Shown here: piece after piece, positions 1-12,512 of the stretch
Position numbering within the stretch: the first letter of the stretch is position 1
Layout: each line of letters begins with the position of its first letter
Source of the DNA: Gnetum montanum
Lineage: Eukaryota; Plantae; Gnetophyta
Direction of reading: 5' to 3'
NCBI GenBank assembly: GCA_015680685.1
Contig: MNCI01003226.1
Span: 1-64,000, forward strand
Length of the DNA stretch: 64,000 nucleotides
Made by a program: the position numbers and the translations under genes
Notes under the pieces: model-generated
Databases searched by the model: none
Told to the model about the DNA's origin: nothing
Seen by the model: the letters and a program-made list of their open reading frames with translations, nothing else

Positions 1-455
1 TCATCCCATTCACCATTAGTTCCATTTGAGTCAATAATCCCTACCGTCCCAATATTTTGTAAGGAACTTGAGGACGAGTTTTTATTCAGTCATGGGGGTA
101 TCATGGGACGCAATATCACGTGCACAATATCACGGTGCGCTGCCAAGTCTATAAATAAGAGGTAGCTCTCCCTTGTTTCTCATTCTAAGCCTAGACTGTA
201 GTGAAACACTGGCAGTTTTACCTCTCCAGAGATAGAATAATTTCCATGTACCCGCAGTAGGAGCTCCAAAGTGAATGGATCTTTATTTGAGTAAATATTG
301 TACTTAAATACAAGTTTGTGTATGGAAATAAAGACGAACTTCTTAGATAAACCTTGCAATGCATGGAATAGGCTAAATAGGATTTTAATTAATGTTATTT
401 ATTGTTTATTGTTTGAATGCTTTATTAGTTCATTAAATCTCTCTCAACCCTTCTC
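1..455 (+). mobile_element. 3' end of an Athila-type element: PPT region plus start of 3' LTR (LTR from 101, truncated by the N gap)
   Basis: CTTGAGGACGAGTTTTTATTCAGTCATGGGGGTA matches the pre-3'LTR motif of E1 (ending 17750). It is followed by CAATATCACG x2, CTATAAATA and AATAAAGACGAACTT, as in the solo LTR at 6058. Confidence 0.85.
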
Positions 456-692
456 NNNNNNNNNNNNNNNNNNNNNNNNNNNNNNNNNNNNNNNNNNNNN
501 NNNNNNNNNNNNNNNNNNNNNNNNNNNNNNNNNNNNNNNNNNNNNNNNNNNNNNNNNNNNNNNNNNNNNNNNNNNNNNNNNNNNNNNNNNNNNNNNNNNN
601 NNNNNNNNNNNNNNNNNNNNNNNNNNNNNNNNNNNNNNNNNNNNNNNNNNNNNNNNNNNNNNNNNNNNNNNNNNNNNNNNNNNNNNNNNNNN
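456..692. other. assembly gap (N run)
   Basis: Run of N. Confidence 1.
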
Positions 693-1697
693 ATAAAGGC
701 ATAATCTATATTTAACTTCTAAGGTATATAGAGACACCTATAGAAGTATGAATAGAAACCTACTTTGGAAAGGATCCACTTACATGACTTTTGTTGATCA
801 TAACTTTGAACTAATTGCACATCTTCAAGGACATCATAGGTAACTTCTCTAAATATATTCATGATTTTGGAATGCACTTCTCATCCATTTTGATTAATTT
901 TTAATGCTTTTATATTGAAATTTTCTCCAAATCCCTTATTTCTTAATCATTTCAGAACTTAACTTGTATGTAAACCTTTGAGCTTTTAAAGTTAAGCTTA
1001 CCATTGTGGAGGCATTAAGGATATGCTTTTTAAGATAAATAATAGTAATAATAATCAAATTAACTTAGAATTTGATGATTTTTGTTACCTTAAAGACTTA
1101 TGAACATTCTTTTGTGATTACCTTAAGTTCTTAATAATAAAATATTTTCAATTTTAATCTAAGTAAGGATTCAAAAAGGGTTTGAACACAAAGGAAAAAT
1201 TGTCAAAAATAACATTAATTGTTTGGTGATTACAGATGATACTGAAAAGAGTTTTGCATATATGAGGTCTTTCACAAAGTAAGGAGAAGAGAGCAAAGAA
1301 GGACATGATTGTGAGCCAGTAGTAGATAAAAGAATTAGAGCTTAAGTATCATATGTTCACTGCCTAGATACTCACATATTGATGATGAGAAATCTTGGCC
1401 CATCCTTTAAGAGTTCTACATAAAAGGAAAGGTGCTAGAAACCAAGGTTGGAAGAACCATTACCACTAGAGATAACATCAAGACTTGTCATCGGTATATT
1501 TCTAAAGACTTTTGCAATTTTGTAAACTTTGATACATGTTCATTCATTTTCTCATGTTTATAACAAATTTTGTAATGTAACACTACAGTTTTTATAATGT
1601 TGGTTAATCTTGTTCAAGTCATCCCACAATTTTTTGTAATTAAACTATGTCCAATTTGTTCAACTTGAGGATGTGATTTTTATCAATCATGTGTGTA

Positions 1698-3461
1698 TGC
1701 TGGACAATAAAATTGCTATTTCAAGAGGGCTTCATCAATGTAGCTTCATCGATAGAGCTTAATCAATATAGTTTAGTCGACTAAGCGTATAATGCAATGT
1801 CAAATTTGCATTGACATGGTCGCTGTTTAAGTCTATAAAAACATCCACATGCCATATTGAATGCACTATTTGATCAGTAGGTAGTTACACTTTATCAATT
1901 TTATTTCTCAATTCTTAGAGTAGTATATGAGTGCCCAAATCATGGTTTTGACTCAATTGTATGAAGTCTTATTTGAGTGGCATTTTACTTGGACATAATC
2001 CATGACCGACAATAAGATCAAGATTAATTCCACTCCATTGTAGAACTTTGACCTAGAATAGAATTTAATTTTCTATGTCATTTACTAATGAGTGATAGGT
2101 ATCCCCTACACCCAACCATACAAATCACAAATGTTCACTAGTAATCTGGTCAAATTCCAGACTTAGTTACCCAAGTGACTAATATTCCTATGTAGTGAAT
2201 CATGTAGTTACAAGGTCATTATCTTCTTAATCTACACTTGTAATTTATCTGTATGTACAATTAAGTGCGGTTAAGGTATAAGATGTATATTTTTGTAATT
2301 ATTTTTAATATATTTTTCTCCCAACAGCTTGAGTAAGGTTTTAGTAATTAATTATCTAACTAATCAACTAATTTAATGACTAACTATCCTAATGTGAAGT
2401 ATCTGTTTCCACTTGTCGTTTACATCGTGGATTAGTATTAATACTACTAGGTTACCAAGTGGTTATTACTAGGCTTACCAAATACCCATTGTTAGGGTTA
2501 CCAAGTGTTAACATGCTATGCTCGAAGTGGTTGTACTCATGTGTTTATGATTAATTATATTTACTAATTAAGAATATAAATGGAAAGTGCATAGAAATTA
2601 GTGTGCTGAACAAAAATAATAAACTATTCTAAGTCCTGCAATGGATATAGGAAATCTTGATTTTATTGTCGTTCATGCTAATGTGTTTCAGTACATAGGC
2701 ACTCAAATGAAACACTGTACAATCTCATAAATCCACACTATGAGCACTCAAAGGAAAAAAATTTTATCTTTGAAAGAAGAAAATCACAAGGGTTTAACTT
2801 TGACTAAGATCAAAAGATGTCAAAAATGCAAGAAGTGCATGTATTTATATAGGTAGTGATTGCATCAACATTGATGTATCTTCATCAATGCATCCTACCA
2901 TGTGTCGACAAGGATATGTTGATGGGGCTATGTTGATGTAGCCTACCTTATTAACTATTCATCATTTACTTTCTAATGCAATATAGATTAATGATTACAT
3001 TTCTGTGTATGATTGTATATGGTAGAATTAGCATGACTAGTTTCAAGAGTAAACATTTACCTAATAATCTTAACAACACTATCATTTGGTTTGCCAAATA
3101 ACATAACTATTTGTAACCCCAATAGTGAGTACATGGGTTTAGGATGTGTATAACAAGCTAGGAATAGACACTCATTACCCTTAGGCTGACTTAATATTTA
3201 TTTTCTTATTATTAATTAGTTGATTAATTTTTTTGTTTCCATCTAGCTTAGTCACAACCATATAACATCAATGATCATATGTCTTACCTTAGACTAAACC
3301 ATATGTGATAAAGCTAGTACTAGTCCAAGTGGAAAGACAATGACCTATGGTCCATGATTAACTACTTAAGTACTTCACTAGTTTCATTCACAAAGGACAA
3401 GATTTGTTGTAATGCTTGTAGGTCGTATGGTTGGTTATTGGGAATACTTTGCCACTCATCA
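1698..3461 (+). mobile_element. old degenerate Athila-type 3' LTR, interrupted by a solo LTR; decayed internal sequence upstream (~700-1697)
   Basis: Preceded by a decayed PPT motif (CTTGAGGATGTGATTTT...CATGTGTGTA). Has 14-bp-period repeats GCTTCATCAATGTA/GCTTCATCGATAGA/GCTTAATCAATATA/GTTTAGTCGAC and CTATAAAA. Ends GTATGGTTGG...CCACTCATCA at 3461. Confidence 0.7.
2086..2964 (-). mobile_element. solo LTR (Athila-type) nested in the older LTR
   Basis: Reverse complement starts TGATGAA and ends ...GTATGGTTGGGTGTAGGGGATACCTATCACTCATTA. Flanked by an exact TSD TTTAC (2081-2085, 2965-2969). Confidence 0.85.
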
Positions 3462-3559
3462 AAATGTAAGATGATTTAAAACCATATAATAAGAAAATTA
3501 GTTAAGTAGAGGATGACATCTTAGTAATAAGGGTTCAATTAATTATTTAAAAATATTCA

Positions 3560-4249
3560 AAAATATTGGGTTATAAATTTTTAATAATAAAGAATCTATT
3601 CTAGCTTGGGATATTCAAAAACAATTGTATCATGTCATTATTCAACCTACTATTCTTTACAAGTGTATTGTATGGAGTCCTACTTTATCAAATAAATATT
3701 AGAAATAGATAGAAGAAATCTAGAAGATTTTTCTACTGAATGAATTTAAAGTGAAGAGACAGGCAGAAAATGATATTATGTTTCATAAAGTAAAGATGAT
3801 AGCATTAGAGGTTCAATCTATTTATTAGTTTATAGCTTACACTCATAATATTTTTGTGTCTTCATTAGATAAATATTCCAAAAAAGTGATGATAGAAATC
3901 TATGATAAAGGATGGCTTCATGAGGAAGTTCTATAGATCAATAAATGGAATATTCAAGAGTATATTCTCTATTTTGATCATAGCAAAGTTCACAATTTGG
4001 TAAAACAAGTAGTATTTCAAAAACTTTGGTAAAATATAGAAGGAACAAAGCATTTTTATTTGAATAGTATCAAAGGAGATCTTAATTCAAAGGCAAACTA
4101 TTTATTTGATACTATTCCTCATCTATTACTATGCACAATTAGCAGAGTAGGAATAGGATCTCATCATCTAAGAGTTGAATTAAGCATATGGCTCAAAATT
4201 CCTTGTGGAGAACAATTACTGACTCTATGATAGAAATAGCATTGATGAT
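3560..4249 (+). mobile_element. degenerate 3' part of an RTE-X-like LINE ORF2 (continues at ~18686-18900 after E1)
   Basis: Decayed reading GSHHLRVEL..WLKIP...DRNSIDD, then E1, then E..FQCHTLEHIR. This resembles the C-terminal Cys/His motif at 46121-46345. Nucleotide similarity to ~52960-53020 and 53200-53600. Confidence 0.65.
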
Positions 4250-5179
4250 TGATGAGTCATCGTTGGTTGGTTGCGTTGACAAAGCCTCATCAACGTAGTC
4301 AATGGCATTGATGAGGCCTCATTTATGAGGCCCCATCAACACATTTCGACCTACATTAATGATACCTTGTCGACACGGTGTTTGTTCATCGCCTATAAAT
4401 ACGTGCCTATGCATCGCATTTATGGGAAGTCTAGATTTTAGTAGTAGCGAAGCTCTTGCATTTTTTCCATTCAAAAGTTAGAATTTCTTCCCTGAGTTCC
4501 CACAGCAGGAGTCATTGATTATACAGATCTTTATTCTAGCATTATTGTACCTGAGCATGATAGTGTGTGCGGCAATAAAGATGAGCTTTCTGATGAACCT
4601 TGCAGCACTTTAGATAGATTAGCTCTTTTATTTATGCATTCAATGTTTTCAATTATTTGTTAATTATTCTCAATTATTTTGCAATTATTTTCCAACAATT
4701 GAGTTAATGAGATTATTAAGATAGATAGATTAAATACATGAGTATGGTTGCTTTGAGCATAACATGTATTCACATAATCCCAACAGCATTATCACTTGGT
4801 ACACCTAGTAGCATAGCATTTGGTCATCCACCAGTGGATACATGGGTTCAGAACATGTACGAAAAGTGGGAACATATGCTTATGTTAGGATTAGTTAATT
4901 AGTAATTTAGATTAGTTAATTAAAATCCTTTTTATCTACATTTCAAGCATCCACAATATAAAATACAAAATGATAAAAATCAGATTCCTTGGCTATACTA
5001 AACCATACCAATGAATGTCACAATTGTAATTGTAAGGACAACAATTGACTTTAAGGTTAGATTCACTTCCTAAAGGGCTAGTGCACTAGAAGCAATAAAG
5101 CCCACAGAATTCGACCAAGTTGCATGTGAACACTTCATGATTTGTATGGTTGGACGTAGGGATACCTCGCTACTCATCA
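4250..5179 (+). repeat. E1 5' LTR
   Basis: Direct repeat of 17751-18680, TG...CA ends, followed by the PBS. Confidence 0.95.
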
Positions 5180-5180
5180 T

Positions 5181-5198
5181 TGGCACCACTGCCGGGGA
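5181..5198 (+). promoter_or_regulatory. E1 primer binding site (tRNA-Asp type)
   Basis: TGGCACCACTGCCGGGGA, a decayed form of the Athila PBS TGGCGCCGTTGCCGGGGA, 1 nt after the LTR. Confidence 0.9.
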
Positions 5199-6057
5199 CT
5201 TTGCTTGTGGAACGTGCGCTATTTAGGTCTAAGTGAATATCACTAATATCATTGTACAAACCTAAGGTCACATCATTCCCACCATACATAAATTATAAAA
5301 GCACACTAACAATTTCATTTTGCTTTGCAAAATATCTTCTTCTTCTCATAAGCATGACGATACTAAACCACTGGTCCCATAGGAATGCAAGGTAGTATAT
5401 ACTCATCTAGATGAGTTTGTACCAAATTTCACCTTCATCCTACATTAGGATGAATAGATGCCATGGCATGATATGGAAGGCAATGTCATTTTGCCCCCTA
5501 ATAGATATGTACCAGCAATGCTAATTAAAATATTTCAGATGTTGGGCATAGTAGATCTTCACGAAGAGTACGTTGTCGACAGATATGACACTTGGAACTA
5601 TCATCCCACTGAAACACAATGTAGGTGAGACAAACATCAAGAGAGACTCCATGAAGCCACAAAGGGGAAACATTACACTAACCCCTTGTTCCTACTAGAT
5701 CAAGAGGATATTAAGGGTCCTCCCTTGGAAGGTTCTCAACATGAAGAATCTCCACCCCCTACTAACAATGGTGAGGATGTGAACTTGACCCTACAATCAA
5801 CTGTTCATAAACCAAGTTTAAGGAATAGGGATAGCCAACGTAGGGACTTAGGCAAACATCATAATAACAAAGGATCTAATGATGGAGATTGTAAAAAGTG
5901 TGAGAGTGGTAGTAGACACCATGGTGGCGGTGGTAGTCCATCTTCCTCTTCATCCTCTTCATCTGATTTTGAACATTCCTCTTCATCTAATGGTTCTCAT
6001 AGAAGTCATCATCAAAACAACCTTGATGAAGGTGATCAACAAAATAATAATGGTTGT

Positions 6058-7102
6058 TAATGAGACGCGACATGCACTGGGCCGCGATATCGCGTCTTCT
6101 CCTGCGATATCGCGTATACAATATCGCGTCCCGTAGCCATATCTATAAATAAGAGGCGGCACTCCCTTCATTTCCCAATCCTGGCTAGAAGTAGCGAAGC
6201 TCTGGCAGATTGATCACTCCAGAGTTAGAATTTTTTCCATGTGCCCGCAGTAGGAGTCCTAGAGTGAACGACTCTTTATTCGAGCAGCTTGTAACCTGAA
6301 CCCAAGTTGTGTACGGCAATAAAGACGAACTTGATTGGATAAACCTTACAGAACGTGGCTTTATTTATTGCTTTCATTTACTGTTTCCTAGTGCGTTCAA
6401 GTACGACTTGATTACGAGCATCTACGAACGTGTACGGCTAGTCAAGGAATCGGTTGCTTGACGCAATGCATGAGTATGACTCAATTACGAGCATTGGCTG
6501 CTTGGTAACCCAGTAGCATATTCCAGGATTCTGCGCTTGGTAATCCCAGTAGTAGTCTGATGTGTATGGCTAGTTGAGGAATCGGCTGCTCATTGCTAGG
6601 CTAGAACGTGTGATAAGTACGACTTAGTTACGAGCACCTACGGGTGTGTACGGCTGGCTAAGGAATCGGCTGCTTCTCACACATAGGCTAAATAGGTGCC
6701 TCAGTACGACCACTTCGAGCACTTGCGTTACGTGTGGCGATCCCAGTAACGATTAGCGTTTGGTAAGCCACAGTTGCATAGTTCAGGGTGTGTCCGGTAA
6801 GTGGGAACGGATGCTGACGCTAGTTAATTTAGACTTAGGACAGTAGTTAGAGTTAGCTTAGTTTCTCAACCCTTTCCCCTGATAGCATAGAAGATAAACC
6901 AAAAAATACCCAAAAAATCATATACCTCAGACTTGCTTAACCATACACCGTGACACTTACAAGCAAGCCTGGGAAGACAATGAACGATTAACCCCAAGTG
7001 TTTCTTGTGGCGTTAAGGCATTTAGTCTGTGGAGTTCGACTGGATCGCGCGTGCACGCTCGTATTCGTATGGTTGAGTGTAGGGGTACCTCGCCACTCAT
7101 TA
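6058..7102 (+). mobile_element. solo LTR of a related Athila family inserted in E1 gag
   Basis: Termini TAATGAG...CTCATTA, near-TSD GTTGT/ATTGT. Carries LTR motifs (CTATAAATA, AATAAAGACGAAC, GTATGGTTG...GGGGTACCTCG). Flanks join into sequence collinear with E2 gag. Confidence 0.9.
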
Positions 7103-8132
7103 ATTGTGAAGGCCACCAAAGCCAAAGGAGTGGCTGAAACCATCATCGGTGTCATCAACACAATGATGATGATGAACCTTTATTGGCAACTCGAAGTATT
7201 CTTAACATTGTGGAGGCAATAAGAATTCCAACTAGGCATATAAAGGATAGTTGAATCAAGCATCTATATATGAACAATATCATAATATTTGAGGGGGATA
7301 TAACTCTGATCCGTAGATACATCTGCAAGATTTTCAAAATGCTTGTGCCTTACAAAACATTGAGAATGAGTGGCAGAAACTCAAGCTTTTTTCAAGGACA
7401 CTCATTAAGAAAGCTAAAATTCTGTACTAGTCCTTAGAACCAAAATATATCCAAAGATGGAGTACCATGTTAGAATTGTTCAATGACAAATATTAGACAT
7501 ACTCTAGAGTGTCTAATCTGAGAAGGTAATCCAAGGCTAGAAACAAGGAACACAAGAACCCTTGGATGCTACCATGGGCTGATACTATTCACTCTTACAT
7601 AGATGCCCTAGCCATGGTTACTCTCAGAGGGAATAACTTCGCCACATCATAGATGGGCTCAAAGTAGAAACAAGAAGAACCTTTGGGGTGTATGCCCAAG
7701 GGAAGTTTTCTGAAATGAGAGCTCATTAGATCCAAAGGCTAATTAAGCAAGTAGCAAAAGAAGCAGTAAGCTATGAAAAAGGGAGAATGCTAAAGAATAT
7801 AATAGGGATCAATCCATCAAAAAATGAGAGGTTTGATTTTGTGATGAGGAGGAGTCACCACTTGATGAAGTGGTGAATAGAAAGACCTTGCCTATCCAAA
7901 AATCTATTTCTGATATTTCAGCCAAGGTTGTCAAGTTATGGAAATCTTTGGATAAAAATTTTCAAACTTCTTTCAAGATTACTGAAGAATCCAAAGAGCA
8001 AAATAGTGATTATAATCATAGATGGTGAGAACAAGCTAAACATGCCTACCAAAGAGGTAAGGGCAAAGCTGCTGCAGTAGAGGAAGTTGTGGATTCTAAC
8101 TCTAATGATGAAACCAAATGTGAAATTTGTCA

Positions 8133-8248
8133 NNNNNNNNNNNNNNNNNNNNNNNNNNNNNNNNNNNNNNNNNNNNNNNNNNNNNNNNNNNNNNNNNNNN
8201 NNNNNNNNNNNNNNNNNNNNNNNNNNNNNNNNNNNNNNNNNNNNNNNN
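8133..8248. other. assembly gap (N run)
   Basis: Run of N inside E1 gag. Confidence 1.
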
Positions 8249-11200
8249 CAACAAGCTTACTACCCAAGTGGAACTCCTCCACAACCTTATGAATAGTACC
8301 AACAATGGTACCAACCACAATTGTGGGAAATTCCATCGCCAAGGCAGCAGTACCCTTATAGGCAACTAGATCCATATGGGTATTATGTTCAGCAACCTGT
8401 CTCCCCTAAAAGTTTAGCAAGTCATGCATCATTCCAACATCACTATTACCCTCTAGAATACCACTAAACACATTCACCATCTACTCGAGGGGAAAACCCA
8501 TATCCATATCCTTATCATCCTCCACATCCCTCTACACCTACACCTCCACCTTCAACTCAATTACCTCCTACTCCATCCATGTAGGGTGAAATTTCCCCAC
8601 AACCATAGCAATGAAATGCTTCAAAGGCTATACACTCATAACCAATTTTTCAACCAAGTGTTTTGGATAATCAATCAAGGAAACAACCTTTCTTTTGGCC
8701 CAGTAGTCCTCTCTAGCCATCACAACCTACTCTAGCTGATCGCCCTACATCTCCAATACCCTCCTCCTCTATATGCAATAGCTTTGAGCACCCTTCAAAC
8801 CAAGTGCCACCTAGGATCCGCACTGTAATGCTAACTCATGTTATTTCTAACTAGATCAAGGCTGGACACATTCCTACAAAAAGATCTAATCTAGGAAGTT
8901 TGCTCATCTTTTTATAGATTGCTAGATAAGAGCCATGCAAGGCTCTTGACTCTCATTCTAGAGTGAACCTCATCTCCCATGATATGTACAAAGCCTAGAA
9001 CCTACCACCTCTTAAGAAGAGCAACATCCATTTAGAATTTTTAGATCAGTCAATTACAGTCCCTTTGGGCTTAGTAGAGGACATTGTGCACAATCTGTGG
9101 GTGGTCTTATCTTGTTAATTTTCTAATAATCAAGGTGGACAATTGCAAAAGTGACTTCCCCATCATAATGGAAAGGGCTTGTTTAAGCACAGTTAATGCA
9201 CAAATGGATATAAGTGACCTATTTCTCTAGAAATATCTAAGGAGAATGAGTTAGGAAAATTTGAGAAGAAGTGTATTCCATGTATTGCGTATAGAAATAA
9301 TGGGTGCAATTGTGTGCAAAAAATTTGGTCAATCAAAAGCACATACATTAAGGCTCGCAATTAGTGTGTGCAAGAAATTAATATTCAATGGTGTCTATAT
9401 GCAACAGTCAAAAAGCAGGAGGGCACTCAATGGCTGATAACTAATTTAGATAGCATCACAATATGCATGGAGCCAACTAAGAGTTTAACTTGTGCATATG
9501 TTGAAGACATGGACAAAATTAAATAAGTCCATTCCCAACTCTCTAATGAAGATGATGATAATTGTTCGGGAGAGTTGGAGATCCTTGATCACTTCAAGCA
9601 AAAGCCCTTAGGACTAAAAAATTTACTAGTTGGAATGGAATATGCGTTTTTAAAGAATGGTAAATCAGTCATCATTAATGCCAAACTTGCTCCTAAACAA
9701 AAGGAAAAGTTGTTGAAAGTGATGAATAAATGGTTAACAACCTTTGCTTGATCATATCTAGAACTAACAGGAATCAATCAGAGGATATGCCAGCACTACA
9801 TCTACACCGACCTAGCCATGAAGCCTAGAAGGTAGCCACAGAGGTAGCTAAACCCCAAATTGAAGCAAATTGTTGAGGAAATAGAGCAACTCCTCAAGGT
9901 AGGGTTTATCTATCTAATCGTAGATAGTGAGTGAGTTAGCCCACTTGTAATTGTACTAAAGAAGTGTGGTAAATGATGAGTTTGCATTGAATTTAGATTG
10001 TTAAATATGGCAACATTTAAGGATCACTTTCCTTTTCCATTTGTCAATCAAGTATTAGACACCATATCTAGGCATTATTATTATAGTTTCTTGGACAGTT
10101 ATAGTGGCTATAACCAAATCCAAATCATGCCAGAAGACCAAGCAAAGACAACATTCACGAGTCCCTAGGGGACTTTTGCATACTGTAAGATGTCATTTGG
10201 CCTATGCAATGCCCCTACAACATTTCAACGCTTGGTCCTTAGTATCTTTCAATAATAAATCAATAGTGGTATTAAAGTTTTCATGGATGACTTCTCCACC
10301 TATGGAGCTACATTTAAGCAAGCCTTGGATCGACTTGAGCAAGTACTAAAGAGATGTGTTGAGATAAACCTACAACTTAATTGCCAAAAGAGCCATCTCA
10401 TGGTCCAAGAAGGCATTATGCTAGGGCATTGAATTTCACAAAAAGGGATTGAGGTAGACCTAGAAAAGACAAGAGTCATCCAAGGAATAACACACCAACC
10501 AGAGACTGTTAAAAATGTTCAGTCATTCCTTGGACACACTGATTACTACCATCGCTTTATTAAGATTTTCTCTAAGATTGCAAAGCCATTGGTAGAGCTT
10601 ACAAAGAAAGATGCACCTTTCATTTGGACCAAGGAATGTGAAAACCCATTCCAATAATTAAAAGAGAAACTCGTAGAAACACCAATCCTATGAGCACCTA
10701 ATTGGTCCAAACTATTCCATATCATGACAGATGCATCTAACTATGCTTTGGAAGTAGTACTCATGCAAATGGATGATAAGAAATGTCTATATTATATCCA
10801 CTACAAAAGTTGAAGCATTGTGGGAGCATAGTTAAATTATAGCACCATGAAGAAAGAATTAATGGTAGTGGTGCATGCACTAGAAAAGTTTAGACATTAT
10901 GTGCTAGCTTACAAAATATTTGTACATATGGACCATAGTGCAATTCGCTTCCTTATGAATAAGATGACAGTGAGCCCTTGTGTTATATGGTGGCTTGTGA
11001 TCTTGCAGGAATTCGATCTTACTATGGTAGATTGAAAAGGGACTAAGAATGTGATCGTTGTTTATCTTTCTCTCTTAAAATGGAATAACAAAGAGGAGGA
11101 GAGCCTGCTCTCTGATCAATTTCCAAATTAACTCCTCTTTACTAGAGCAATAAATGAAGAAACACCTAAAAAAGCAATATGATATAATGGCATCCTCACA

Positions 11201-12498
11201 TGTCTTCTCACTCAAGAGATGCCACAAGACTTGAATTTTAGGAAAAAGCAACAATTTCTTCATCGAGTCAAATACTTCATAGAAATTAACGGACACCTTT
11301 ACAAGGTGTGTGCCAATGGCCTAGTTCATTGGTGTGTCCCTAATGAAGATCAATTATGCATTCTCTAGGATGCCCATAAAGGACCTTGTGGAGGCCACTA
11401 TGCAAGGAGATGCACGACCATAAAAATCCTAATGGCAAGGTGCTATTCGCCCACAATCTTTAGGGATGCCCACTAGTTTGTCAAGTCTTGTGAATGTTGT
11501 CAACATGATAGGGGCATGACCACTCGTATGGAAGGTCCTCAATAATGGATTTAACCATTAGAACCTTTTAACATATGGGGTGTTGACTTCATGGATCCCA
11601 TCACACCCATGTCTAATAGGAAAGCGTATATTATAGTAGTTGTTGACTATTGCACAAAATGGTTTGAAGTAGTAGCCATTACAGATTACATATCATCCAC
11701 TGCCTCTAGATTTATACAAAAACATATCATAAATAGGTTTGGCATGCCATGTTCACTAATTTCTGATAATGGAACTCATTTCATAGGTGCCACATTTAGA
11801 AAATTAATGCAACGCTTGGAGGTAGAATATAAATTAATAACACCTTACCATCCCCAAGCCAACAATCAAGCAGAGGCAACCAATTGAGAGATTACAAAAA
11901 TATTAACATGAACCATTAGCAAATATAGGAAGGATTGGAGTACAAAACTTAATGGTGCCCTCTGGGCTTACTAATCAACCTGGAAACTTCCTATTGGATA
12001 TTCTCCATATGATTTAGTGTATGAGAAACTTTCAACACTCCCAATTCAATCTAATCTCTGTACACTCTCAATGACCTGTGAATTAAACCTTGACCTAAGT
12101 TTAGCACATAAGGAGAGATTGATCAATCTGAATGTGCTAGACAAAAATTGCTTAGTGGCCCTATCTTTGAATAAGATGAACAAGGCATTCAGCAAGCATT
12201 ATCATGACCGTAGAATTAGGAAAGTAAGGTTTCAAGCACGAGATAAGATCCTATACTGGAACCCCATACATGTACCTCAAAAGGAAAAATTTCAAACATT
12301 GTGGGAGGGACCTTATATAAGTGATCAAACCTTTCCCTCTAGGGCCATGATAATTTACAAACATGATAGCCCAAATAAAAAGTAGTTGGTCAATATCCAA
12401 CAAATTAAACCTTTACTAGAACTAAGATTGGCTAGTGTAAATACTCCCTCACCTGGGACACCCACGTTCTATTTTTTAGATCTCCTCCTTCCAACTTA

Positions 12499-12512
12499 GT
12501 TATGGGGGAGAT
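12499..12512 (+). promoter_or_regulatory. internal PPT-like tract at end of pol
   Basis: GTTATGGGGGAGA, conserved in E2 (GTTGTGGGGGAGA, ~33582-33594 minus) and similar to the terminal CATGGGGGTA PPT. Confidence 0.5.

Noticed and set aside
298-737. ORF-track entries with long X runs (also 8087-8375)
   Set aside because: Artefacts of translating N gaps.
6400-6780. CRISPR-like repeat-spacer appearance
   Set aside because: Repeats are degenerate and irregular, spacers are related to each other, it lies inside a plant LTR, and there are no cas genes.
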